Assembly: GCA_964016885.1 (NCBI GenBank)
Contig: OZ024743.1
Coordinates: 94,488,001 to 94,552,000, forward strand
Length of the DNA stretch: 64,000 nucleotides
Reading direction: 5' to 3'
Origin: Eledone cirrhosa
Taxonomy: Eukaryota
Positions 23,631-37,332 of the stretch are shown one piece after another; the first letter of the stretch is position 1, and every line of letters starts with the position of its first letter. A model generated the notes under the pieces. The model was not told the DNA's origin and made no database searches. It worked only from the letters and a program-made list of their open reading frames with translations. A program made the position numbers and the translations under genes.

Positions 23631-26485
23631 ATGAAAACAGGGAGAGAAAGACGATTATTAGGAAGAAAAATATATTTTTTTCCCTTTTTATTTCTTTCCC
23701 TCTTTTTTCTGGGTTAGAAAATGATTAAACCGAAATATTTCACTTTGTGTGAAGTGTTAAGGTATTAGTTGATTTATTTATTAATTAACAATGGCATTTA
23801 TTTATTTATTTATTTATATATTGAATAATTGTCTATTACCGGTTTCAGCATTTGTATGCATTATCAAATAATAATAATATGTATTTGTGTAGAACGGTGG
23901 TGTTGGACATGTTAAAGAAATGGTGCAGAAAGAATAATGTTATTTACAAACAAGGTTTATGAAGTGAAAAGAAAAAGAAAAAAAGAATAAAATGGGCGTA
24001 ATGTGGAGCATAATAAGTCAATGTGGAAGAAAAAATAATATTATTTACAGGCATAGTTCTTGAAGATAAGCAGATCAAAATGTGTTAATATAGCAAAAGT
24101 GCTTAGTTGATCCATGATGGAGGCAAATAGTGGACTGGGGTTTGATATGATTTCCCTTTTTAGAGAGTTAATATGCAGGGGGAGGTAATTCATGCTGGAT
24201 GATATTTAATTTATTTAAGAAAAAGGATTAGGTAGGGTGTAAGGGTGATAACTCTTTAGAGAGACATAGGCATTTGTAAATGTTTGATTGTTCGTTCCAG
24301 TTTTAGTTTAGTCCAAAGTTTAGTGCATTAAGTAGAGGTTGGAATTTGTTAATGAAATACGTTTCCTTATAGGTACGATGGATGAAAGTAGCGTTGTCTA
24401 TGAATTTGTAAATGGGTAATATTTTAAAGTTTGGATGTTGGTTGGGTGCACAATTGGCAATATGTTCACTAAATGCAATCTTTCTGTATTCCTGTATTTT
24501 GATTTGTGATTTATGGACGGTCATACGTTGTCGGAGACTGTTTTATGTCTGTCCTATGTAGTGCTCTTGACAACCTGAGCAGGTCAAAACATAGATTAGG
24601 TTTTCAGATGCACATGTAAAATTGTGTTTAACTGTGAAATGTTGTCCTTGTTTAAAATGGAATGTTGAACCTTCTATTAGATTTATGCATATGCCACAGT
24701 TGGGCCTTCCGCATTTTGTTACTGTAGGGTTCATTGTGAGGGTTTGTTGGATTTTGGCTTGTGTGAAGAGGTTTTTTATGGATTTAGGTTGTCTTTTGCT
24801 CTTTATGATGTTGTGTGTTTGGAGGATTTTGTTCATTTTTGGGTCTCTTTTTAGTAAAGGAATGTTCTGGAGGATGGTGTCGAATGCCTCATTTTGAGGG
24901 AGTTGTGTGTGGAGATGTATGGTAGAGTTTTCTGTTGCGGGTAATTCCTGGGTTAGGGGTGTCTGAGTTCCTGGATGTCGAGTTTTGGGGTACGTTGGAA
25001 TCCATTGTTGATTAGGGATGGTGGGTAGTTTCTGCTGATAAGTGTGTATTTTAATTCTTCTAGTGGTGTGTAGCATGTGTGTTTATCTGAAACTATTGTG
25101 CAGATCCTTCTGGCTATGTTATAAGTAATTGCCATTTTGGTGTGTCTAGGGTGGCACGAGTTGAATGGAAGGTATTGTTTGGAGTCTGTGGGTTGGTAGT
25201 ATATGTCTGTTTCTATTTTGTTGTCTGTTTTCTTGATGAGGATATCGAGGAAAGGGAGTTGTTCATGGCTGTAATCCATTGTGCATTGTAAGTTTGTGTT
25301 GAGTCCATTCAGAAGGGTTTTAAACTCAATCAGTCTATCTATACTTTCATGCCAGAGGATGAAGCAGTCGTCCAGATATCTCCTCCAGTTCTTTTCTATG
25401 TGTTGGTAGAAGTGGTTGCCGTATTTGTCTAGAACTTTGCGGTAGAGAGTGGTTTCCAAATATCCCATGACAAGGTTGGCGTATGAAGGGCTACTTTCGT
25501 GCCCATGGCAGTCCCAGATTTCTGTCTGTAGTATTTGGCATCGAATTCGAAGAAATTGTTTTCCAAGATGAATTTGAGTCCCTCCAACACAAATTCTTTA
25601 GGGATGCGCTGGGAAATTTTCAAGCCAAAATTGTATTGCCTCTATACCTAGATTGTGTGGGATATCGGAATATAAATTGATGACATCAAAGGTTACTAGT
25701 AGGGTAAGTTCATTATTGAGTGTTGTTGGGAGGTGGTTGAGCATGTCAAGGTCGTCCCTTATGAAGCTTTTTATGTGTTTTAGGAAAGGTTTAAGCAGAA
25801 TATCTAGGAAGTTGCTTAGGCGGTGGGTTTCACAAGTGGTACCTGCTATTATAGGTCTTAATTTAAGGTCATCAGGAGGGTCTATATTGATGTAAATGTC
25901 TGTGGCTTACTTGCAGGCCGTACCTATTACTTCGCTTTTGTGTGTCTTTGGAATACCATAGAAGAGGCTGGTTCTGCTTTTGAAATTGGTGATGCAGTTG
26001 TATTCCGTGTCGGTAAGGCCTTCTTTGTAAAGGGTTGTTAGGGATTTTAGGTTTCTCATTATTTTCTGTTGTGTGTAGTGTTGGGCCTTTTCATAATATG
26101 TTTGGTGTTCTAGAGTTGAGAGTACTAGAGTCGTGTAATAATCTGTCCCCATAAGGATTACTGTACTCCTTTTATCTGCCTCTTTGATTGTTAGTGTTTT
26201 GTCGTTCTTTAGACTATTAAGACCATTCCATTCTTTTTTTGCTTAGGTTTGGTTTTTGTTTGTCTGTGTAGGTGGTGGTATGGGTAATTAGTTATGTGGT
26301 CGCAGAATTGATCGAGGAATTTGTTCTTGCTTTTTGGTGGGGTGTAGTTGCTTCTATTTCTGGCTATTGAGTCATCCTCATTGTATTTGTCGTATAGTTG
26401 CTCGCCGCTGAGTCTTAGCTTTCTACAGAATTCTGCAATATTTTCCTTTATTTCGGGGTAGTTTGGTCGTTGCGGAGTTGGTCGT
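23631..26485 (-). mobile_element. Decayed Penelope-like element (RT + CxxC linker + GIY-YIG), same group as 15846-18164
   Basis: Frameshifted ORFs: YRQKSGTAMGT, WRRYLDDCFI, YQPTDSKQYL..SCHP, KCGRPNCGIC, NLIYVLTCSGCQEHYIGQT; 3' 250 bp repeated at 36910-37154. Confidence 0.9.
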
Positions 26486-27129
26486 AGAAGAGATAAGAAA
26501 CATTAAAACACAACATGGAGGAAGGCGATAGCATCGTAAACATTTGGTTCCATGCTCTGTAAGATAAAAGAAGAGATCAGAAGCATTAAAACACAACATG
26601 GAGGGAGGCAATAGCATCGTAAACATTTGGTGACATCATCTGTAAGATAAGAGAAGTAATGTAAACATTAAAATCATTACAACACAAGATTTATTTTAAA
26701 TTATTTGAGATGTTTTGGTTTTGATGTTTCTAAGGAAAGGGAGTCGAACATTTTACATAAAAAACGTAAGCCTTACTTTTCATATTAAGTATTTCTGAAG
26801 TATTTTGTAAGTTGAGAGAAAGAAAGTAAGAACAAAAGCTAGAGGAAATTAACAGCCCTAGTACTGAACTCGTACTTTATTTATCGAACTCAGTAGGCTG
26901 TAAGACACAGTTGACTTATTTTATATTAGAAATAAAAGCGCCAGCAAACCTAAGCGAATATCGACATTGGAACGACTTTGTCAATTCGCCATATTGTGTT
27001 AAAAAAAAATAAAATAAAAAACCCTTCTTACTTTCTTTTTTTTTTTTAGATGAATTCTACGGTGAAAGATTGCGCTGCATGGCGAACTCTCCACTTAACC
27101 ATTAGGCAATGCGCCTTCATTTAATTGTA

Positions 27130-28145
27130 ATTAATGGTTTCTTATATAAGTACAAGGCCAGCAATTTTGGGGGAGGGGAAAGTCGGTTAATTGACTCCAG
27201 TGTATTACTGGTACTTTATTTTATCGACCCTGTAAGAATGAAAGGCAAAGTTAACCTCGGCGGGATTTGAACTCAGATCATAAAGGGGCGTAACTCTTTG
27301 CTGCAAAACATGGTGTCCGACTCTCTACCGATACTGCCAAGCCATCGCTCTATTTAATTGTAATTAATTGTTTCTACTTTTGGCACAAGGCCAGCAATTA
27401 CCCCAGTGTATTACTGGTACTTTATTTTATCGACCCTGTAAGAATGAAAGGCAAAGTTAACCCCGGTGGGATTTGAACTCAGATCATAAAGGGGCGTAAC
27501 TCTTTGCTGCAAAACATGGTGTCCGACTCTCAATCGATACTGCCAAGCCATCGCTCTATTTAATTGTAATTAATTGTTTCTACTTTTGGCACAAGGCCAG
27601 CAATTACCCCAGTGTATTACTGGTACTTTATTTTATCGACCCCATAAGAATGAAAGGCAAAGTTAACCTTGGCGGGATTTGAACTCAGATCATAAAGGGG
27701 CGTAACTCTTTGCTGCAAAACATGGTGTCCGACTCTCTACCAATACTGCCAAGCCATCGCTCTATTTAATTGTAATTAATTGTTTCTACTTTTGGCACAA
27801 GGCCAGCAATTACCCCAGTGTATTACTGGTACTTTATTTTATCGACCCCATAAGGATGAAAGGCAAAGTTAACCTTGGCGGGTTTGAATTCAGAAAGGCA
27901 AGGGCCGTAACTCTATACGTCAAAGCATGGCGTCCGACCCTCTACCAATACTCCAATAATTAATTGTTTCTACTTTAGGCACAAGGCCAGCAATTATCCA
28001 GTGCATTACTGGTACTTTATTTTATCGACCCCGTAAGGATGAAAGGCAAAGTCAACCTCGGCGGGATTTGAACTCAGATCGTAAAGGGACGTAACTATGC
28101 TGGAAAGCATGGCGTCCGACCCTCTACCGATACTCCAATAATTAA
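27130..28145 (-). mobile_element. Tandem array of Octopus-type SINE units (206-bp period); mirror at ~45275-46090
   Basis: TATTTAATTGTAATTAATTG recurs at ~27351, 27557, 27763; SINE body in every unit. Confidence 0.85.
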
Positions 28146-28542
28146 TGACAATAGTTATGCTACATGTCAATGTTATACATGCTGGTCATTATATCAGCAC
28201 AAAGCCCGAAAGAAAAATATTTACAAATGCTAATATGAACTGTAAAAGCAGAAATGCACTTTACTTTATCAAATGTCTGAACTGAGAAGAAATATACAGG
28301 GCGGTGGAATGGCAATATCGGTAGAGCGTCGAACAACATGCTTTTTGGCATATAGTTACGGCACTTTACGTTCTAAAGGGCTGTAACTATATGTCACAAA
28401 GGTCAGCTTTGCCTTTCATCCATTCCAAGTCGATAAAAAAATGCCAGATTAACACTGCAGTCGATTCTATCTCTATATCACTTTCTCACTTCCATTCTCT
28501 TACTTCCACTCTCTCACTCTCTATCTCTCTCTCACTCTCACT

Positions 28543-28581
<39 letters not shown>

Positions 28582-28781
28582 TCACACTCACTATATCTCT
28601 TTCTCACTTCCACTCTCTCACTCTCTCTCTCTCTCACTCTCTCACACTCACTATATCTCTTTCTCACTTCCACTCTCTCACTCTCTATATCTCTCTCTCA
28701 CTTCCACTCTCTCACTTCCCCTCTCTCTCACTCTCTATATCACTTTCTCACTTCCACTCTCTCACTCTCTATATCTCTCTC

Positions 28782-28905
<124 letters not shown>

Positions 28906-28938
28906 TTCCACTCTCTCACTCTCTCACTCTCTCTCTCT

Positions 28939-29017
<79 letters not shown>

Positions 29018-29049
29018 TTCCACTCTCTCACTCTCTATATATCTCTCTC

Positions 29050-31019
29050 TCCGAAGAAGCTCAGATACAACCTCCTCACGAGGAACAGCAGACTACCCGC
29101 CTTCTAATCGAGCGTGGAAGGGCCGCTCTACAAAATGTCATGGCTCCTAGCCAGAATACCTTGCCGGGACACGTAAACAGCTCCGAGGAGGTGTTGGAGC
29201 GCCTGCATCAAATGGATCCCGACACCAGAAAGGCTAACAGGTACGCCTTCAGCCTTGGTGTGGTCGCTCTTTACACCTCGGTCCCGGCGCTCCCGGCCGT
29301 TGATATACTGATGGAACGCGTTCAATCTACCGACCTACACTGCTTCGGGATCACCCCCACTGACATCCACCAGCTCCTATCAGTCGTCGTTGACAACACG
29401 TATTTCGGATTTCTCGACCAAACACACCAGCAAACCTCAGGGCTACCCATGGGCTCAAGCCTGTCGGGTGTGCTAGCGATCTCGTACATGGACGGCCTCG
29501 AGCGCAAGGCACTCAACACCTGCCACCCCAATGCCGTCGCCTTCTTTTCAAGGTACGTGGACGACATCCTCATCCTCACATCTTCCCAGGAGATGGCGAG
29601 CGGAATTTACAGACGTTCAACAACACGGACAAGAATATTGATTTCAGTGTTGAACATCCCAACGAGGACGGGTCTCTTGCCCTCCTCGACTTCCGAATCA
29701 ACATCACGGAGCATGGAGGGATCCACACCAATCTCTACCACAAGGCAGCCTGCAGGGACTTGTACGTCCACTACAAGTCTGCCCTCCCTAACAGAGGGTA
29801 CATCACGAACGAGATCACGCGAATTAAAAACAGATGTAGGGAATCCGTGAGTGGTGTCACCCATACCAAGCGGTTCCTCAGGGTGATGGAGACGAACGGA
29901 TACCCAGCCTCGCTTACAAACAGAGTAAGAGACACCCGGTGCAAGAGGCAGAGAAATACCCAAGGCAAGTGCTTCTTTAAAATCTCGCACTTGGGCGAGA
30001 AAACCACCAACGCAACCCGCAGGGCTATACGGAGAGAGGGCCTCGACATCCATCTGGCCCACTCGGGCCCCTCCCTACAGAGATGCCTCTCCAGGAAACC
30101 CGGGAAATCGACTGTCGCGTGTTCCATCAGAAACTGTCTGATGCGCCAAACGAACTGCTGCTTACGTACATACGTTGTATACAGGGTAGAATGTGACAAG
30201 TGTAACCACTACTATATCGGTAGCACAATCCGGCCGCTACATATCCGGATCAAGGAGTACATCAACACCAGGGCATCGTCTTTCCGGAAACACATAATCA
30301 AATGCGGAAACAAAGACGGAAGGCCCATTGTCGCAGTGCTAGCGACGGAACGCAACCTCGGCACGTTACGAATCAAGGAAGCACTTTGGATCAAACACCT
30401 AGGACCACAAATAAATAACCGATCCGAGAGAAGCGAGACGAGGTGGCTGGTGTAAACAAACGAGACAACAGCACACGCACACACACACACACACGCGCAC
30501 AGAGGCATTCGAACGATTGTTATTGTGTGTATAGCGTCCCCACCATCAACGACCAACAAGCGACCAGGCAGACTACCAACACTGCCAGTATCAAAGACTG
30601 AATATAGGTAGTATAATGGATTGACAGCGAAGCACCATCCCACTCCCACAATAAAAAGGAACTGCCTCGACCCTTGCTTGACCGGACCTATTCCGCGCAC
30701 CCATGCACTCTAAAGAATATCTCAGTTACGCACAAACGGCGGACAGCAGAGGCCAAGTACCGTTCCTCTCCCACAGATAATTTTGCCCCTCGGAAAACCC
30801 CCCAGTTGATGGATGCGAAATCCGAAATATAGGGACAATTAAATCTCTCCCAAGGTAACTCTATCTCGTGTTATTATTTTTATTTTTACGCTCTTTCCTA
30901 CGTTCCTCTACACACTATACATCTCATTCTACATTTCCTCTTACATCTCTCTCTTCACCACCGGATTCTGTTACCCGGAGATTTACCCATATGCATTGTT
31001 GAGGGTTCCAAAACGACCA

Positions 31020-31025
<6 letters not shown>
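29050..31025 (+). mobile_element. GC-rich Penelope-like element (RT + GIY-YIG), frameshifted
   Basis: QTSGLPMGSSLSGVLA, RYVDDIL; VVYRVECDKCNHYYIGST.R.L..RIKE; frameshift near 29610; ends at (TA)n. Confidence 0.9.
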
Positions 31026-31050
<25 letters not shown>

Positions 31051-31224
31051 AGATCGGAGGAAATATCAGTTGATTCTGATTGATTTAAAACTCCTTTAAA
31101 CATATCTCACTAAGGACAATAGTTATGACAGCCTGAGCTCTTCAAACGTAAGATCTCAAATAAACATCGAAGGTTCCTATGAAACCTTTAAATTTGGAAA
31201 AAAACAATAATTTCCCTGAAAAAA

Positions 31225-31341
<117 letters not shown>

Positions 31342-31555
31342 GTCCCATGGGGGACAAAACTCTAGTGAGTGAACATCGTTAAATTTTCTCCCTCATATCA
31401 AGGATTTGAAGACAATTCATTTTCACATGACGAGATCAGTGATAATCGATCATGGCCACACAATCGATCTATCTCTTATTGAAACATGTGTCGTGATGAA
31501 ATTGATTGGAATTTTATACCATGCCTTCGGATCTTTATTTTAATATATATATATA

Positions 31556-34500
31556 TATCAAAATGAAAATCCGAAGGCAAGGTAAAATTCCAATCATTTA
31601 ATCACGACACATGTTTCAATAAGAGATAGATCGATTGTGAAGCCATGATCGATTATCACTGATCTCATCAGGTGAAAATGAATTGTCTTCAAATTCTTTA
31701 TATGAGGGAGAAAAAATAACGATGCTCTCTCACAGAATTCATTCCCTCATATGGAGACACACCAGTCAGTCAGAGACATGGCGACTGCTATTAGCTTTAG
31801 TTGAGGTCATAAAAGTTTTCAGATTTCTATCGCTGCAAAAGACGCTGGACATCAATCAAATCTGTAGGGATACAGTCAGTCACAGTTAGAAGTGAGTGGG
31901 TTCACACACACTCCACACCTACATACATCGGCTCGAGGTCAAAGAAAGATATATACATATATATACACACATCAACACAGTATTAAACCCGTAGAATTAG
32001 CGTGGGTGGGTACACACACACTTTCACACACACCGAAGCGATGTCCGAGAAAAAACAAATATAAGAATGTACCAACACAGCACTCACCGAAAGGTAGTTC
32101 ACAAAGCAACAGAAGCTATGTCGGTCAAATCTCAATTTGACGATGTAAATTGGAAATATTGGGTTAACCAACGCTACACACATACACACGCGCGCGTGCG
32201 CGCAAGTAAGTTCAGTTCAGTGTTCTGCTATACGTGTATAGATCGAATTGTAACATCCATATCTTCAAGTGTGTGTTATGGTATATACACATCCGAATCA
32301 TCCCAAAAATGGGGGGGGGGGGGGGGGGCGGGGTATGTCCGGGTATATACACATCCATGTGAAGAGCAAGCAATCAGCTCATGTCGAACTCCTTGTGTAC
32401 CGCTGTCCCGTTGCGAATCCGTGTCACCAAATCCGTGCGTGCAAGCAACTGCAATGTGGGCCGGCAAAAGGCTCCGTGTAGGGTTGGGTATTGGGTAAAT
32501 GCATCCGCAAGTGCGATTTCACGTCACATGGGCCAATGGGCTTTTAAGATAGTTGTTTGAGTGGTGGAGGTGTGTTATCCAACACAGAAGGTGGTGTAGA
32601 AAACAAAGGTCAGTAAAATCCAAAAGATGTGTGTAGGCACATTAATGGTGTGTCAGTATTATTGTTCAATCCGTAACAGTGAGTCCACCATGGTTAGATG
32701 ATCACGCATTAAAACCTGGTGTAGTGTTCAGTCGGTAGGAACGTGACGGTCGTAAATGTGGGAGCTCAATGTCTAAAGGAAACGGGTACTGTGTGTAGAG
32801 CTATGTGTAGAGAGTGTAATCGGTCCTAACCAAGTGTGTAATCAATCTAACTATTTACTAGCTAGGTATTCTAAAAGAGAGCACTCAGCTGTTAGAACTC
32901 CGTGGAAACAGGGCGAGTATCGTTTGCAAGTGCGCAAACAATCTTAGCCGTCTAACTACCTAAGTGTGTGACTGTCCGTTTATTGAGTGAACTCTATGGC
33001 TAAAGTAGAGAGGGAGGAGTTATTGGTAGGTTATCTTCCAAAAATCCTGCGGAAGGTTTTCGAGGTTCTATGTTGACAGTTGCTGAACAAATCTGCTCTT
33101 CTATTAATTAATAGGGGGCCGCCTCTAATAATATTAAAAGTTTCAGCTATACATAAATTGCAGACGCCAGTGCTGCCGTTATAAGGTTGGGCTGAGCAAA
33201 CTATGGACCAGGATAAGGAGTGCTCTATATTATGATGTTTAAGCTTCGAGACTAATTCCGAAACTGCCGTGCTATTTTTTTTATCTAATCTATTAAAGGT
33301 ATGGCGGTGATTATACCATCTATTCTTAAATTCCGTGGCAGTTACCCCAACATACCTAAAGGTTCTATCAGGAGTGGAGACCTTGCAGTCGTAGGCTATG
33401 TTTTTGGTAAGGCATTTCCCAACCATGGGGCAGGTGGCGGTGCTTCTGCAGTTACATATTTTGCTATCGATCTGGGTAGTTCCGGATGGACCACGGTACC
33501 TTTGGGGTCGGGTCTCAGTTCCAGTCTGCTCTATGGGTAAATTCCCTGGGGTTGGGGAGACCCGACTCGCCTCACGTGTATGAGTCAGTTCCTCAATAGA
33601 GCTGCCATGCCTACTTCCCTCATTGGCTGTCCTAATCCTACTATAATTCATCTTAGCTATATTCTGAGCTATGTTACTAGTTGTGGAGTAGGACAGCTTG
33701 ATGGTATTTCTATTGAATATTTTATAATATCTGTGCGATCTAGGGAAGCATTTGTCTAAGGCCCTAAAGAAAAGCTTAGCTATACTAGTGGTCAGGCCAG
33801 TGGAGTAAAGGGGATTATACCACAGGACTTTTCTGGTCCGATGCCTCTTGTTCCTACTAACTATATTAGAATTACCTGTCTCCCTAGTAGTTACTGGTCT
33901 ATTGTAACTGGAAATTACCTGTGGGTCGATGGTGTCCTGGGGTGTCACGATTGTGTTCGGAATCGTCCCAAGTCTCCAGGGCGGTGTACCCCTCGTGCGG
34001 CTATTGAGGTTACCCTCGATAGCTGGGGTTGTATCCGCTATGCGTCTGCTACACCTGTCCCTATTACCCCTACTCGACCCTCGTTCCATACTGCGTTCAA
34101 CGGTAGTTTTATCGGTTCCACAATTAAGGTTACCATTAGAGTTTCCGCTGGCGTTACGTTGCTCAGATCCAGTGTTAGTACCTGGGTGGCTGTTTCTATT
34201 AGTACCAACAGCACTGGGACTAGGCGGCAGTACAACATGAAGACTATAAGAATCCTCCCTCGTATCCCGCCTGCTGTTAACTAGAGTGTCACTATTTAGG
34301 CCTAAGCTATCGCGGGCAATGTTACTTCTACTATTTAATGGACGTTTGAATGAGATTCCCTCGCTATGCCCTGCGCGTTCCAGGGCGCTATTATAGTAAT
34401 TCGAGATCTTATTAAAGGTATCTACATTGGAAGATAGTCCTGAAATTCTACTAGAGACGCTTTTGGTAATACCGTTAGTGACTATTCTAGGGTAGTTAGA

Positions 34501-34721
34501 TTTTGCGTTGACATTGTTTAGATTCTCTTTGGGTTTGTGGTAAGGTTGGAAGAGTCCTGAATTGAGGTTAAGTGTAACATCTAGAAAATTAACTATTTTT
34601 AAATCTCTTCAAATACTATACTTAGGTCTATGCTCTTGAAGAATTTGCTAAGTTTTTTCCTCACCCTCTCTACCATACTATTATTATGGAACGACACAGT
34701 AAACAAGACGACGTCACGGTA
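31556..34721 (-). mobile_element. Penelope-like element E1 (CxCx5C linker type, probably Hydra clade), 5'-truncated
   Basis: ORF 33031-34089: WYNPLYS, KIFNRNTIKLSYS, CNCRSTATCP..GKCL, YVGVT..FK.R, CNLC; hammerhead at the 3' end; abuts (TA)n. Confidence 0.88.
31602..31675 (-). ncRNA. Type-I hammerhead ribozyme in PLE E 3' terminus (related copies ~31422-31497 +, 37380-37453 -, 41066-41139 +, 41245-41318 -)
   Basis: TCAC-CTGATGA-long imperfect stem II-GAAAC-ATGT-GTC-GTGA; palindromic ACATGT in stem/loop III. Confidence 0.75.
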
Positions 34722-35014
34722 TTGTTTTTGTTGTTGTTGTTGGTTGTTGTGTTTGTGTTTGGGTGGTGATTCGGTTTTCTTGTTATTATGGTTTTAATGA
34801 TTTCATAGGATGTGTGTTTGAGGATTGTTTCTTCACTTGTAGAATTAAGTTTGTTGGTGAGTATTGAGAAATTAGAGTTTATTTTTTGTAGTTTTTGGAG
34901 TATCTCTTGATTGATGCTAATGAGAGTGGAGTCTGCTTTTGTTTTAGTAGGCATTTTCTGTATCTCGTGTGTGAGTAAATAATAATAAAATGTGGAGAAG
35001 GAGCACACGAGTTA

Positions 35015-35125
<111 letters not shown>

Positions 35126-36760
35126 AAGTTATATTTAAAATTGTTGGGTTACGGAATAAAAATAAAAATAAAAATAAAACCCTTTGAAGGGTTGTTCTTT
35201 GTGGTTTATTTTCATTTTTATTGTTAAAATAAGTTGTTGCAAGCATAGATTAAACTCAACGTTTAAATATAAATTTAAATTAAAATGTAGTATATTTAGT
35301 TTGATTTATATTTATATGAGAACTAGCCGATAAATCTTTTGATTCCTAAATCTTTGATTCCCTCTTTTTACTCTTTTTATTGTTTAATTTATTTAATTTA
35401 TTTTTTAATCTAAACATTCCTCATGTAAAATTAAGCTACCCTAAAAGCCGATGCTCCAAATTTTTTGAATTAACCTTACACTAGATAAACTTCTATATTA
35501 AATATAGGAACATATGTAGACATTATTGGACATCATAATCTTTTTTTGCGATATTCTTTGCTAGATGTGATTTGATAGATAATTTTTGGCTTTGTCTTGT
35601 AATGAACTTGGCAATATATTGTCAATTAACTTTGAAGGGTTGTTCTTTGTGGTTTATTTTCATTTTTATTTTTATTTTTATTTTTATTTTTATTTTTATC
35701 TTTATTCTTTTAGTATTGTAGTATTCTATAATATTTTTATTTTTATTTTATTTTTAATATTTTTATATGTAAATTTTTAATACGTAATATTTTTTAATAC
35801 GTATTTTTAATATGCAATATTTTTATTATGTAATATTCTTTCGTAATATCTTTTTAGTTTTCTATTCTATATTTTTATATATTTTTACTTATTATTATTA
35901 TTATTGTTATCTTTGTTTATAATATAATATATATTTTCGATTAGTATATTGAAATCTGCTCTCTATTTCTGCTTGATAGATAATCTTGTAGAGTAATCGC
36001 AAGAATAATAATATGCTCAAATTTTTATACCACATTGAGAATGTTTTCCGGTAACTTAGAATTTGCGGAGTGAATCAGTTGGATTCACATTGATGTTTGT
36101 AGCTGTCACATAAACATATGAATTTTTTAAAACTAAACATAAGATAATGAATTTTCACACATTGTGAATACTTGTTTCATTCAGGAATACTGATATTTAC
36201 AGTATAGTGTAAGTTTTATAAATACTAATACATTAAAACATAGGGTTTTCTACGCCTCGAATATGTCTGGCTATTTTTATATTTTTAAATTTTTTCTCTC
36301 TCTATATCTCTCTATATCTCTCTATATTTCTCCCTTACATTAATACTTGAGCTAAATAAATGAATGAATAAATAAATAAATAAATAAATGTATCATTGAT
36401 ACACTTACTCAAAATGACCTCCCACTACCTAATTTTCTATATATATATATGTATCTATCTCTATTTCCTCTCTCTCTATATATATATATCTCTTTCTGTC
36501 TCTTTACATGAAGCTCTTCGCTTTATCTATGTTTCCATCTCTCTATTTTGTTCCATGCATTTCTTCTTTTTCTTTTTTCTTCTTTTTCTTTTTCTTCCTT
36601 CTCTTCGTTCTGTCTTTCTTTCTTTCTTTTTTTTTTTCCCTCTTTTCTTTCTCTCTTTCTTTCTCTCTGTATTTTCACTGCTAGCGTAAACCTCTCCAAA
36701 TGAAGTTGATGTTTATTACGGTATGTCGAATATATTTATCTATAAAACTGTTTATATTGT

Positions 36761-36824
36761 ATTTTGTCTGATGAAGGCATAGCATATTGTTAATATGATA
36801 TCCCCGAAATATATATAATGAAAT
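36761..36824 (+). ncRNA. Type-I hammerhead ribozyme-like motif
   Basis: ATTTTGT-CTGATGA-AGG..CATATT/AATATG..CCCC-GAAA-TATATA-TA-ATGAAAT; ~45 nt upstream of (TA)n. Confidence 0.65.
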
Positions 36825-36863
36825 AAATATGGTTTTATAAATATAGTTTTCCATCTATTTAAT

Positions 36864-36903
<40 letters not shown>

Positions 36904-37152
36904 GGTAAATGAAAACAGGGAGAAAAAGACGATTATTAGGAAGAAAAAAATATTTTTTCCTTTTTATTCTTTTCTCTTTTTTTGTTGGTTAGAAAATAAT
37001 TAAAACAAAATATTTTACTTTGTGTGAAGTGTTAAGGTATTAGTTAATTTATTTATTAATTAACAATGGCATTTATTTATTTATTTATATATCTAATAAT
37101 TGTCTATTACCGGTTTCAGCATCTTTATGCATTATCAAATAATAATAATATG

Positions 37153-37206
<54 letters not shown>

Positions 37207-37332
37207 AGGTGCATTATTGGTTGTGTAAAATGGTCCAATAACTTTATGTTAGCAATATTAAGTTCTCCACGCATTTGTATATCTCCAATTCCATTCGAGG
37301 GAACAGCTAGATGATGTAAAACGGAGTAGAAG

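Noticed and set aside
23631-26485. Selenocysteine-recoding (Naiad-type) PLE
   Set aside because: Visible Cys motifs use Cys codons; the interruptions I checked are frameshifts or TAA/TAG stops, not in-frame TGA at Cys positions.
30800-30840. Hammerhead at 3' end of PLE 29050-31025
   Set aside because: Stem GGAT/ATCC and GAAA are present but the core reads CAGTTGA and no clear cleavage triplet; too degenerate to call.
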